Assembly: GCA_951406725.2 (NCBI GenBank)
Contig: OX597835.1
Span: 24,614,001 to 24,678,000 of the forward strand
Length of the DNA stretch: 64,000 bases
From: Octopus vulgaris
Taxonomy: Eukaryota
Reading direction: 5' to 3'
Of the stretch, positions 24,870 through 37,940 are shown piece after piece. Below the pieces are notes generated by a model, which saw nothing but the letters and a program-made list of their open reading frames with translations, had not been told where the DNA came from and made no database searches. A program made the position numbers and the translations under genes. Positions within the stretch are counted from its first letter, which is position 1. Every line of letters starts with the position of its first letter.

Positions 24870-25860
24870 ATTTATTTGGCGCTGTCTTGTGGTTTGGCGA
24901 CAGCAAGTTTTCTCAAATCTTTCTTAACATTCTTGCAGAAAACAGGATTTCATTTTTTCTCAGGTCATCAATGTCAGTCTCAACCTTTCAGCCTCTTTTG
25001 GTAGGATTTTGGGTATTGCACTAAGTGCACCAATTACCACGAAAATAATTCTCGTCTTAAACTTTCACAGTGTTTTAATCTCTCTGGTTAGATCTTGAAA
25101 TTTCTCAATAGATCAAAAAATTCTTTAGCATCCACCCAATTACCATGTTGTATTGCAAAGTCTATGATCTTAAGCTGTTTCTTTCTTTTCTCCACCATAA
25201 TTATATCTAGTTTATTTTGCTTCGATAGTGTGGCCTGTCTTTATAAGGATGTCCCATAAAACCCTGTAATTCTTGTTCTCGAGCAATACATATCATTTTC
25301 TTATTACTTTGATTCCACATACTCGGTTTACATCCTGACGCGCTCATTTACCTACACAAGCATGGCTGTGCTTATACTCTTTTTGTGCTAGCTTACTGCA
25401 TTTACTCAAGTGCTGGTTAATGCTTTCGTTAGCTTACTCACAAATTCTGTATTGTCTCTTGAACTGAGTTTTATCATTCAGTCTTTTCCTTTATCAAATT
25501 CGTTGCTTGTTCCTGAGCGACTATAATTAGCGATTAGTTTTCACGTTCTGTGTTTCCGTCCAGGGTTCTTTATTTTAAACATACTGTGTTTGCTGTATGA
25601 ATTGGTTATGTAAATCTTCTTTCCATTTACTAAGTTCTACCGTTAATCCTTCTGCTCTTGAATTCTCTTACTGTTTCAATAACTTTCTGGACATCTTTAG
25701 CCACCGACTGCGCACAATATAATTGCCTCAACTCCAAAATCGCAATACTAACACAGACTTCTACGTTTAGCAACTCTCTGCCCGCTTCCTTCTTTGGTAG
25801 GTAGAGACTGTCGATATTACTTTCAGGATGGTGCACGTAAGACATTGTAAATAGATTCCA
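24870..25860 (-). pseudogene. R4/Dong-type (restriction-like endonuclease) LINE, degraded 3' portion
   Basis: Minus translations HHPESNIDSLYLPKKEAGREL, the zinc-knuckle remnant YRICE*ANESINQHLSKCSKLAQKEYKHSH, and endonuclease-like KLDIIMVEKRKKQLKIIDFAI and IEKFQDLTREIK...VVIGALS. Stops and frameshifts are present. Confidence 0.8.
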
Positions 25861-25867
25861 AGTTCTC

Positions 25868-25960
25868 GGGTATATGGCGTAGTGGTTAAGAGCGCAGGCT
25901 ACTAACCCAAGATCCCGAGTTCGATTCCAGGCAGTGACCTGAATAATAACAACAACAACA
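25868..25960 (+). mobile_element. Short tRNA-like SINE or tRNA pseudogene
   Basis: A box TGGCGTAGTGG and B box GAGTTCGATTCC, then an AAT/AAC tail. No convincing acceptor stem. Confidence 0.55.
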
Positions 25961-26138
25961 ATGCTTAGCGGTACTTAGTCTGTCGCTACGTTCTGATTTC
26001 AAGTTCCGCTGAGGCCGACTTTGCCTTTCAACCTTTAATGGTCCATGAATTAAGTACCAGTTGCGTATTAGGGTCGAAGTAATCGACAAGTCCCCTCCCT
26101 CCAAATCTCAGGCCTTGCACCTATAGTAGAAAGGTATT
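25960..26138 (+). mobile_element. SINE family A, 5'-truncated
   Basis: AATGCTTAGCGGTA...GACTTTGCCTTTCA...GTAGAAAGGTATT. Confidence 0.75.
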
Positions 26139-26691
26139 ATTGTTGTTGTTGATGTTGTGGTCGTCGTCGTCATCATCACCATTGCTATTATTATTATTCG
26201 GAACATTCGACTTGCGTCTACGTATGACTGTTTAGTGTTGTTGTTGTTGTTGTTATGGTTGTTGTTGCTGATATAGCTGTTTCTCTTGTTATTGTTGTTG
26301 TTGTTGTTGTAGTTGTTGTTTTACACATAGCTGCACAAATGTGTTAATTCGATTCCTCCTAAATCCCACAGCCATCACCATCACTCCCTCCACCACCACC
26401 ACCACCACCACAACCACCACCACCACCACCACCATTACCATCACCACCACCACAAGCACCACCACCAATTATCTGACTTCACCATTAAACCGCCCCCCAC
26501 CACCACCATCTCCCTTCTCGAACTCCTTCCACAGAAATTCATTTTCCTTGCCTTTTGACTTACAAGAATGCAAGAATGTTTAGCGTCGACTTAACTTAGA
26601 GAAACAAAACCCACTGAGGTGTTTGGAGGGGAGAACAATGAGCAAACACTGGAAATAAGGGATTCCAAGAATATATATACATATAGAACTA

Positions 26692-26738
<47 letters not shown>

Positions 26739-26883
26739 AAATTATATTACATACACACACACACATATATATATAATATATATATATATTATATATATAT
26801 AATATATAGGCGCAGGAGTGGCTGTGTGGTAAGTAGTTTGCTTACCAAACACATGGTTTCGGGTTCAGTCCCACAAAGAAACA

Positions 26884-26963
26884 GAATTCAGCTACAGATC
26901 ACCAGTGATTTCGTGATTAGTGCAGTTATATGCAATCTTCACTCATCGGTGCAAGCATAATTC
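26884..26963 (-). ncRNA. Type I hammerhead ribozyme, tandem copy a
   Basis: Minus strand GAATTATGCTTGCA-CCGATGA-GTGA...TCAC-GAAA-TCAC-TG-GTGA-TC-TGTAGCTGAATTC. All three stems pair, with an AUC triplet. Confidence 0.75.
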
Positions 26964-27266
26964 AAGATTTATAATGAATGAACAAAAAAATAGAGTGACC
27001 CGTCTGTTTTTTTGTGTCGTATCTTTGTGTGTATTTGCGTTCTTGTCCCACTTTGTAATTTATAATTTATATTTAATTTCTATACATACACACATATATA
27101 TATATATACACATATATATATAAAAGAGTAAAAGATATATATATATATACATATATTTTTATTTTATAGAGGGCATTATTACACATAAATGCCACACGCT
27201 AGGAGGGACTCTTAAAGTCAAAACTACTAAAATAAACATGTACCGAAAGCAAGTCATTTAAAAACA

Positions 27267-27346
27267 GAATTCAGCTACAGATCACCAGTGATTTCGTGAT
27301 TAGTGCAGTTATATGCAATCTTCACTCATCGGTGCAAGCATAATTC
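27267..27346 (-). ncRNA. Type I hammerhead ribozyme, tandem copy b
   Basis: Identical to copy a, 383 nt away, within a ~110 bp direct repeat. Confidence 0.75.
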
Positions 27347-27568
27347 AAGATTTATAATGAATGAACAAAAAATTATGCATGTGTGTATGCATGTATGCAT
27401 GTATGTATGTATGTATGTATGTATGTATGTATGCATGTATGCATGTATGCATGTGTATGTATGTAGTAAATAAAAAAAAACGAAGAACAAATATGAAAAA
27501 AAAACAACAACACAAGGACATGGTACATGTAAAGTATTAGCAGACGCTCTGGGAAGGAAAGAAAGGTG

Positions 27569-27603
27569 GTTGTACGTTTCGAGCAAAGCTCTTCTTCAGA
27601 AAC
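27569..27603 (-). ncRNA. Minimal hammerhead motif in family P1 element (~27465-27680)
   Basis: Minus strand GTTT-CTGAAGA-A-GAGC-TTT-GCTC-GAAAC-GTA-CAAC. Canonical core with weak stem I. Repeated in the duplicate at ~35818-35852. Confidence 0.6.
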
Positions 27604-27681
27604 AGGAGACAGAGGAAAGTCTAAAAGAAAAGGAAGACGGAGGAAGAAAAAAATCGCCAACGATTTGCATGTGGTTACATG

Positions 27682-28410
27682 CATGTATGTATGTATGTAT
27701 GTATGTATGTATGTATGTATGTATGTATGTATGTATGTATGTATGTATGTGTGTGTGTGTGTATGTATGTGTGTGTGTATGTATGTATGTATGTATGTAT
27801 GTATGTATGTATGTATGTATGTATGTATGTGTGTGTATGTGTATGTATGTATTTATGTATGTATGTATGTGTATGTATGTATGTGTATGTATGTATGTAT
27901 GTGTGTGTATGTGTATGTATGTATGTATGTATGTATTTATTTATTTTATTTTGTTTTTTTGTTGTTTTTTGGTACGTATGTATTTATGTATGTATGTATG
28001 TATGTATGTATTTATGTATGTATGTATATGTGTGTATGTATGTGTGCATGTATGTATGTATATATGTATGTGTGTGTATGTATGTATAGACACATACTCA
28101 CACACATATTGTATGTATGTATGTATGTATATACTCACATACATTGTATGTATGTATGTATGTATGTATGTATGTATGTATGTATGTGTGCATGTATGTA
28201 TGTATGTGTGTGTATGTGTATGTATGTATTTATGTATGTATGTATTTATGTATGTATGTATATGTATGTATGTATGTGTGCATGTATGTATGTATATATG
28301 TATGTGTGTGTATATGTATGTATAGACACATACTCACACACATATTGTATGTATGTATGTATATACTCACATACATTGTATGTATGTATGTATGTATGTA
28401 TGCATGCATG
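27682..28410. repeat. Compound (TATG)n array with higher-order internal duplication
   Basis: The interruption TATAGACACATACTCACACACATATTG occurs at ~28084 and ~28321. Confidence 0.9.
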
Positions 28411-28767
28411 TCTATCTCTCTCTCTCTGAATCTGTATATATATATATATATATATTCCTTTTTATTCTTTCATTCTTTTATTCTTTTACTTGTATCAGTC
28501 TCGTTTGTGAGAGCAGTCGAGTTTATTTCAGATATTCTCATTTTAAGCATCATCTCCGGCGCTAATGGTTGAGAGGACGTTGGTGTTACCTTGGCAGAGG
28601 TTTGCGCTCTCTGAGTGCTCTTGTTTATATTACGTTTAATAACACGGCCCTCCTACGAAATACTGCATAGATGTCTGGCCCTCTCTCTCTCTCCGAAAGG
28701 TTGCCGACCTCTGCTATTGTGCAAAGGATTGTTATTTTATTCTATTGTATTTTTTAAAAAAACTTTA

Positions 28768-29065
28768 AGGCATTTTGCTGGCTGAATCGCTAGAATGTCG
28801 GACAAAATGTTTAGCAGCTTTTATTGCAGTACTTTACGTTCTGAGTTCAAATTCCGCCGAATTTGCTTTTCATCCCTTCAAGGTCGATAAAATAAGTACC
28901 AGCGGCGTACTGATGTCGATGTCATCGACTAACCCCCCACCCCTCAATTTTAAAGGCAGCACGTTGGGAGAAATGTTAGCACGCCGGGCGAAATGCTTGG
29001 CGGTATTTCGTCTGCCGTTACGTTCTGAGTTCAAATTCTGCCGAGGTCGACTTTGCCTTTCATCC

Positions 29066-29127
<62 letters not shown>

Positions 29128-29530
29128 ATCATCATCATCATTATTATTATTACTAAGGTGGCGTGCTGGCAGAATCGTTAGCATGCTGGACGAAATGCTT
29201 AGCCGTAGTTCAAATTCCGCCGAGGTCGACTTTGCCTTTCATCGTTCTGGGGTCGATAAATTAAGTACCAGTTACGCACTGGGGTCGATATAATCGACTT
29301 AATCCGTTTGCATGTCCTTGTTTGTCCCCTCTGTGTTTAACCCCTTGTGGGTAGTAAAGAAATAGGTATTTCGTCTGCCGCTACGTTCTGAGTTCAAATT
29401 CCGCCGACGTCGACTTTGCCTTTCATCCTTTCGGAGCCGATAAATTAAGTACCACTTGCGTACTGGGGTCGATCTAATCGCCTGGCCCCTCCCCCAAAAT
29501 TTGGGGCATTGTGCCTAGAGTAGAAAAGAT
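28768..29530 (+). mobile_element. Cluster of SINE family A copies including a dimer (29155-29530)
   Basis: Family A motifs at ~28768, ~28970 and ~29155. Repeated at ~37055-37820. Confidence 0.8.
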
Positions 29531-29589
29531 TGTGTTATCCTCGCTATTCTCTGCCTCTTTCTTGTTAGTCTATCATCCTAATGGACGTT

Positions 29590-29650
<61 letters not shown>

Positions 29651-30516
29651 TCTTTACTACGTGTTTTTCTTTTTTTATCATTCTAAGACTATATTTTTTC
29701 GTTCTCTCTGTTTTTCTATCCTTCCTCCTCTCTCTCCCTCCTCCTCTTCCCTTCCCCTCTGCTCTTTGTTTCTTTTATTCTCTCATTCTCACACACCATA
29801 TTTCTTCTTTCTTTCTTTCTCTCTTCCTTCTTGTCTTGTTCTTATCCTTTCTATCTTTCTCTTTCGGTCATCTTTTTTTTCTTTCATCCGTCTTTCCTCT
29901 CATTCCTCATTATTTCGTTCATTCTTTCTTTCAAACATTCGCGTTTATTTACACTTATTTACTTCTTTGCTTTCTGGTTTTATTTTTGTTTTAATCATTT
30001 ATCTTATTTGTTGTATTCATACATTTATTTATTTGTCTTATTTATATATTTGCGGCTTTTGGGAGGTATGAGTTTTCTTCGGAAATTATTTCTCTGGAAT
30101 CTTTTACTTTCAATCTAATTATAACACCGGGTTTCCTAAAATACTTTTAGAGAACTGTTCCGGAAAAATTCCAACGGATTGTAAAATAAAACTTTCCCAT
30201 CGACCAAGTGGCTAATTCTTCAATATAACGCTTCTTATAAACCTTTCTCCAGTCCACTCATCTAGCAAAAATGAACGATCCTGTGATGGCCCAGCATCCC
30301 ATCCAGGTGGGGAATATATACTCCACTGAAACTGGGATACGGGCCCCTTATGAGCCTGGCATGGCTCGACAAAGAAACATTTATCTTTCTTCTTCTTTTT
30401 TAAATATTTATGGTAAAATAAACATTTTTTGCATCCAAATGGAGTTTGTGTTTTTCTTCACAGATTATTTAATACCACAGTGGTTAGATTCGTATAGATT
30501 TTGCCCCTTTAAAATT

Positions 30517-31878
30517 CATTAGCAAGATATTGGTCGACCTGGGGCTATAGTAAAAGACGTTTGTCGAAGGTACCGCGAAGTGGGACTGAACACGAAGTCA
30601 CATTTCTTCGAAGCAAACTTCTTTTTCGTCAGAAAGTTTTTGACGAGTAAAACGTTTCGCCTTCAGGACAAAATACGAGAGCCTGTACCGCGTACGCTTT
30701 GCAGAGTGGGCAACATAACGGATTCCAAGAACTCGTCCCTCAGTCTGGACTTTATCCAAAACTGCCAGGTAGAAAGCCCCGAGAAAGCTTTGTTTACGGA
30801 AGAATTCCACAACGTGGAACTCTGCCAGAAATCTCTACAGATGTTTTGGTAGCAGCCCATATCTATGCACCAGCAAAAAATTCACGATATAAACACGCTG
30901 ATTGTTTAGTCAAATAAATTGTTTGGTCAATATATAACACTGATGAAGTGATTCAAGCAGTCAGCGGGTGGCCGAACGTTAAGGATTTAGCACACACAAC
31001 ACTGCAAATAAAATATGCGCAATGTCAGTAATTAAGACTGTTTTGTAATTAATTACCGTTACATCCGTAACTCGAAGTAAGTGATGGTTGTCCGCATGGC
31101 AACAATTTGTTCATTGGAATGTTGGTGATAATTGATTACGCGTTTGAACAAACCATAGAAGAATTCTTTCGAGGAATTGGTCATTAGGAGGAGAAGTCAT
31201 CGAAGTGTTATATAAAAAAAAATTGCCAATAGATTAGACCAGAGGTTCTCAACCATTTTTTTACCGATAGACCCCCCAGCCGCACCACCCCACCTTTGAC
31301 TCCTATTCTACTCAGGTGGACACCTCATAGCCATTCGTTGTTTAAGAACATCCTATTATATTTTTATGATTAAATATTATTACAAATTTTTTTTTTGAAC
31401 ATTTCTTGAAATATTTTGTGTATTTTCGAAGTATAACCAATTTATTGCAGACAAATTCTAACAACAAAATCTTGTATGAACTCCCAAAAGCCATATAGAC
31501 CTTGGTTGTGAACCACTGCCACAGTCAGAATATTTCTTACCGCTTCCAAATACATATAAAGACATATAACATTTAGGGTCTGATGCGGAATTCTTCCGTA
31601 AACAAAGCTTTCTCGGGGCTTTCTACCTGACAGTCTTGGACAAAGTCCAGACTGAGGGACGAGTTCTTGGAATCCGTAATGCTGCCCACTCTGCAAAGCG
31701 TAGGCGGTACAGGCTCTCGTATTTTGTCCTGAAGGCAAAACGCTTAACTCGTCAAAGACTTTCTGACAAAAAAGAAGTTTGCTTCGAAGAAATGTGGCCT
31801 CGTGTTCAGTCCCACTTCGCGGTACCTTGGACAAAGGCCTTTCACTATAGCCCAAGGCCGACCAGCACCTTGCTAATG
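30517..31878. repeat. Long inverted repeat with ~295 bp arms (30517-30811 and 31584-31878)
   Basis: The arms are reverse complements with scattered mismatches. Repeated at ~38808-40152. Confidence 0.9.
31240..31518 (+). mobile_element. hAT (Charlie/MER5-like) MITE
   Basis: TIRs CAGAGGTTCTCAACC and GGTTGTGAACCACTG. An 8-bp TSD is not recognisable. Confidence 0.65.
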
Positions 31879-32204
31879 CATTCAGCAAACGGAAACAGTA
31901 CAAAGCCTTTCGTATGCGTGTGTGTGTCTTCATGCATATATGTATGCGCGCATGTATGTATTATGTATGTATGTATGTATGTATGTATTATGTATGTATG
32001 TATGTATGTATGTATGTATGTATGTATGTATGTATGTATGTATGTATGCATGTATGTATGTATGCATGTATGTATTACGTATGTATATATTTGTATATGT
32101 ATGCACATATACATATGTATTATACGTTAATGAATCGTGTATACACACACAATATATTTATTAATATCTGAAAATTTATCATCATCATCATATATATTGA
32201 AATA

Positions 32205-32253
<49 letters not shown>

Positions 32254-32275
32254 ACACACACACATACATACATAT

Positions 32276-32353
<78 letters not shown>

Positions 32354-32354
<1 letters not shown>

Positions 32355-32660
32355 GAGGTGCAATGGCCCAGTGGTTAGGGCAGCGGACTCGCGGTCGTAG
32401 GATCGTGGTTTCTATTCCCAGACCGGGCGTTGTAAGTGTTTATTGAGCGAAAACACCTAAAAAAAGGCTCCACAATGCTCCGGCAGGGGGTGGTGATCCC
32501 TGCTGTAGTCTTTCACCACTCTTTCTCCCACTCTTTCTTCTCATGGCCTGCACGCTTAGCCAGCGAGGTGGCGTCATTCGAAGGCTAAAATAATGCGAAC
32601 GCATTGTGACCTGCGATGTGTAACAACGTCTGATGGTCTAGTCGGTCACGTGATCGTGAT
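32354..32660 (+). mobile_element. tRNA-headed SINE family C
   Basis: TGGCCCAGTGGTTAGGGCAGCGGACTCGCGG...TTATTGAGCGAAAACACCTAAA. Copies at 40685-40990 and 44200-44525. Confidence 0.75.
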
Positions 32661-32719
32661 ATATATATATATATATATCCATACATGCATACATACAAAC
32701 ACACACACATATAGTGAGA

Positions 32720-32900
32720 ATTTAGAAAAAAAAAAAACAAAGACGAAGATGGATGTATAAACAACAAACAGATGTATTAGTTTAACGCTCGGGAAGTGAG
32801 AAAATCTTTTACGTTTCGAACCTATGCTCTTCGACAGAAAGGAACACAGAAATAAACAGAGAGAGAAAATAGAAAAAGGTTTAGTGGCTAGCGATCAATC
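32720..32900 (-). mobile_element. Family P1 element
   Basis: Minus strand CTTT-CTGTCGA-A-GAGC-ATAG-GTTC-GAAAC-GTA-AAAG. The duplicate at ~41050-41230 has GCTC. Confidence 0.6.
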
Positions 32901-33323
32901 ACACACACACATATATAATAATAATAATAATAATAGGGAATAAATTATTATTCCAACCTTACAGGTAAAATTCAGTATAATAATATTAGACCGAATATCG
33001 TAATATATAATATATAATAATATATGTATATAACTAATTTAGAGACGAACCACCATTCCACAACACAGTCAATGAAGAACCCGTCCCAAAACCATGCTGT
33101 GAGACATCTACCATACAAAACACTAATCTAGAATTTTAATAACATATACTATTGAACAGTAAGGTTATTACAATCATATAATATAAAAGAGCAAATACTT
33201 TTAAAATCACAGCGAACACCATGTATGGTATTTGCTCTAATATATTATATGACTGTAATAACCTCATTGTATATAATTATATATAACCTTATTATATATT
33301 ATAAAAATTTTAGATTAGTATTT

Positions 33324-33366
<43 letters not shown>

Positions 33367-33576
33367 AATATATGCATATATACATACATATATGTACATA
33401 CCTATATATATATGTATGTAAGTATACATGCATATATGGGTACAGGACATCCCAAAAACGTTGAACACAATGAGAAACGAAGACATACAAACAAAAACAT
33501 ATACATATACATACATATATATATATACACATATATATATGTAAACACATACATACAAACACATATATAGATGCAT

Positions 33577-33644
<68 letters not shown>

Positions 33645-33783
33645 TAAATATATATATATATATATATGTATACACACACACATACTCGTACATGCAAACA
33701 TACTCGTACATGCAAACATATAGAGAGCTGCTAGCATACACATATACATACACACACATACACACACACACATACACACACAT

Positions 33784-33823
<40 letters not shown>

Positions 33824-34003
33824 GCACACATATATATATTACATGTATATATACATACATATACATACTCACATATGCATATATAATATATTTGTATACA
33901 TGTGTGTATATGCGTGTGTGTACATATGGGTATGTATATATGTAAGTATATACACACACATGCATACATACAGTCTGTCATGCATACATACAGACTAGAT
34001 AAC

Positions 34004-34065
<62 letters not shown>

Positions 34066-34081
34066 TGGATGGATGGATATG

Positions 34082-34217
<136 letters not shown>

Positions 34218-34234
34218 GGATGGATGGATAGATG

Positions 34235-34294
<60 letters not shown>

Positions 34295-34309
34295 TACATA
34301 CAGATAGAT

Positions 34310-34342
<33 letters not shown>

Positions 34343-35006
34343 AGAGAGAAAATGAAATAGAGAGAGAGAGAGAGGGAGAGAGAATGAGGGGGAAGGAGAA
34401 GAAGAGAGGAGAGGAGAAATAACTGCTCTATGATATTAGCAATAAAAGTGCCAACAGAGCTGATACGATGCAAGGCGCAGCATGCTTAATATGATGTCTA
34501 GACAAGAGACCAGAGACCAATAATAAACAGAACGAAGGGCGGCAGCCTGTAGCCCTCGAGTCTGCTTGTCTGTCTGTCCGTGTGTCGCTAGCGCTGAGAT
34601 TGTACTACAGCGATGCTGGGTTCGAATTGTTGGTCTTGTTCTTATTACGGTGGTGGTGGTGGGAATTGTGTTGGTTGTGGTGGTGGTGGCTGTGATGGTG
34701 GTGGTAGTGGTGGGGATTGTGATCGTAGTGGTGGTGGTGGTGGTGGTGGTGGTGGTGGTTGTGGTGGTGGTGGTGTGGTGGTGATGGTTGTGATGGTGGT
34801 GATGGTGGGGATTGTGATCGTAGTGGTGTGGTGGTGGTGGTTGTGGTGGTGGTGGTGGTGGTGGTGGTGATGGTTGTGGTAGTGGTGGGGATTGTGATCG
34901 TAGTGGTGGTGGTGGTAGTGGTGGTGGTGGTGGTGGTGGTTGTGGTGGTGGTGGTTGTGATGGTGGTGATGGCTGTGGTAGTGGTGGGGATTGTGATCGT
35001 AGTGGT

Positions 35007-35106
35007 NNNNNNNNNNNNNNNNNNNNNNNNNNNNNNNNNNNNNNNNNNNNNNNNNNNNNNNNNNNNNNNNNNNNNNNNNNNNNNNNNNNNNNNNNNNNNN
35101 NNNNNN
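35007..35106. other. Assembly gap (100 N)
   Basis: Exactly 100 Ns, the usual placeholder for a gap of unknown size. Confidence 0.99.
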
Positions 35107-36616
35107 GTTCAGTCCCACAAAGAAACAGAATTCAGCTACAGATCACCAGTGATTTCGTGATTAGTGCAGTTATATGCAATCTTCACTCATCGGCGCAAGC
35201 ATAATTCAAGATTTATAATGAATGAACAAAAAAATAGAGTGACCCGTCTGTTTTTTTGTGTCGTATCTTTGTGTGTATTTGCGTTCTTGTCCCACTTTGT
35301 AATTTATAATTTATATTTAATTTCTATACATACACACATATATATATATATACACATATATATATAAAAGAGTAAAAGATATATATATATATACATATAT
35401 TTTTATTTTATAGAGGGCATTATTACACATAAATGCCACACGCTAGGAGGGACTCTTAAAGTCAAAACTACTAAAATAAACATGTACCGAAAGCAAGTCA
35501 TTTAAAAACAGAATTCAGCTACAGATCACCAGTGATTTCGTGATTAGTGCAGTTATATGCAATCTTCACTCATCGGTGCAAGCATAATTCAAGATTTATA
35601 ATGAATGAACAAAAAATTATGCATGTGTGTATGCATGTATGCATGTATGTATGTATGTATGTATGTATGTATGTATGTATGCATGTATGCATGTATGCAT
35701 GTGTATGTATGTAGTAAATAAAAAAAAACGAAGAACAAATATGAAAAAAAAAACAACAACACAAGGACATGGTACATGTAAAGTATTAGCAGACGCTCTG
35801 GGAAGGAAAGAAAGGTGGTTGTACGTTTCGAGCAAAGCTCTTCTTCAGAAACAGGAGACAGAGGAAAGTCTAAAAGAAAAGGAAGACGGAGGAAGAAAAA
35901 AATCGCCAACGATTTGCATGTGGTTACATGCATGCATGTATGTATGTATGTATGTATGTATGTATGTATGTATGTATGTATGTATGTATGTATGTATGTG
36001 TGTGTGTGTTGTATGTATGTGTGTGTGTATGTATGTATGTATGTATGTATGTATGTATGTATGTATGTATGTATGTATGTATGTATGTATGTATTTATGT
36101 ATGTATGTATGTATGTATGTATGTATGTATGTATGTGTGTGTATGTGTATGTATGTATGTATGTATGTATTTATTTATTTTATTTTGTTTTTTTTGTTGT
36201 TTTTTTGGTATGTATGTATTTATGTATGTATGTATGTATGTATGTATTTATGTATGTATGTATATGTGTGTATGTATGTGTGCATGTATGTATGTATATA
36301 TGTATGTGTGTGTATGTATGTATAGACACATACTCACACACATATTGTATGTATGTATGTATGTATATACTCACATACATTGTATGTATGTATGTATGTA
36401 TGTATGTATGTATGTATGTATGTATGTGTGCATGTATGTATGTATGTGTGTGTATGTGTATGTATGTATTTATGTATGTATGTATTTATGTATGTATGTA
36501 TATGTATGTATGTATGTGTGCATGTATGTATGTATATATGTATGTGTGTGTATATGTATGTATAGACACATACTCACACACATATTGTATGTATGTATGT
36601 ATATACTCACATACAT

Positions 36617-36648
<32 letters not shown>

Positions 36649-37352
36649 TGTATGTATGTATGTATGTATGTATGTATGTATGTATGTATGCATACATGTC
36701 TATCTCTCTCTCTCTCTGAATCTGTATATATATATATATATATATTCCATTTTATTCTTTCATTCTTTTATTCTTTTGCTTGTATCAGTCTCGTTTGTGA
36801 GAGCAGTCGAGTTTATTTCAGATATTCTCATTTTAAGCATCATCTCCGGCGCTAATGGTTGAGAGGACGTTGGTGTTACCTTGGCAGAGGTTTGCGCTCT
36901 CTGAGTGCTCTTGTTTATATTACGTTTAATAACACGGCCCTCCTACGAAATACTGCATAGATGTCTGGCCCTCTCTCTCTCTCCGAAAGGTTGCCGACCT
37001 CTGCTATTGTGGAAGGATTGTTATTTTATTCTATTGTATTTTTAAAAAACTTTAAGGCATTTTGCTGGCTGAATCGCTAGAATGTCGGACAAAATGTTTA
37101 GCAGCTTTTATTGCAGTACTTTACGTTCTGAGTTCAAATTCCGCCGAATTTGCTTTTCATCCCTTCAAGGTCGATAAAATAAGTACCAGCGGCGTACTGA
37201 TGTCGATGTCATCGACTAACCCCCCACCCCTCAATTTTAAAGGCAGCACGTTGGGAGAAATGTTAGCACGCCGGGCGAAATGCTTGGCGGTATTTCGTCT
37301 GCCGTTACGTTCTGAGTTCAAATTCTGCCGAGGTCGACTTTGCCTTTCATCC

Positions 37353-37420
<68 letters not shown>

Positions 37421-37880
37421 ATCATCATCATCATTATTATTATTACTAAGGTGGCGTGCTGGCAGAATCGTTAGCATGCTGGACGAAATGCTTAGCCGTA
37501 GTTCAAATTCCGCCGAGGTCGACTTTGCCTTTCATCGTTCTGGGTCGATAAATTAAGTACCCTTACGCACTGGGGTCGATATAATCGACTTAATCCGTTT
37601 GCATGTCCTTGTTTGTCCCCTCTGTGTTTAACCCCTTGTGGGTAGTAAAGAAATAGGTATTTCGTCTGCCGCTACGTTCTGAGTTCAAATTCCGCCGACG
37701 TCGACTTTGCCTTTCATCCTTTCGGAGCCGATAAATTAAGTACCACTTGCGTACTGGGGTCGATCTAATCGCCTGGCCCCTCCCCCAAAATTTGGGGCAT
37801 TGTGCCTAGAGTAGAAAAGATTGTGTTATCCTCGCTATTCTCTGCCTCTTTCTTGTTAGTCTATCATCCTAATGGACGTT

Positions 37881-37940
<60 letters not shown>

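Noticed and set aside
25868-25950. Functional tRNA gene
   Set aside because: A and B boxes are present, but the acceptor and anticodon stems do not pair well and a simple-repeat tail follows.
28570-28713. Terminal motifs of a Helentron-like element (GGCAGAGGTTTGCGCTCTCTGAGTGCT) and a hAT TIR (GGTTGCCGACCTCTG)
   Set aside because: Only single ends are visible, so the elements cannot be delimited.
30580-31933. Complex-looking ORFs (MDKVQTEGRVLGIR..., MKTHTRIRK...)
   Set aside because: They run through the inverted repeat arms and SINE sequence with non-ATG starts and no known motif.
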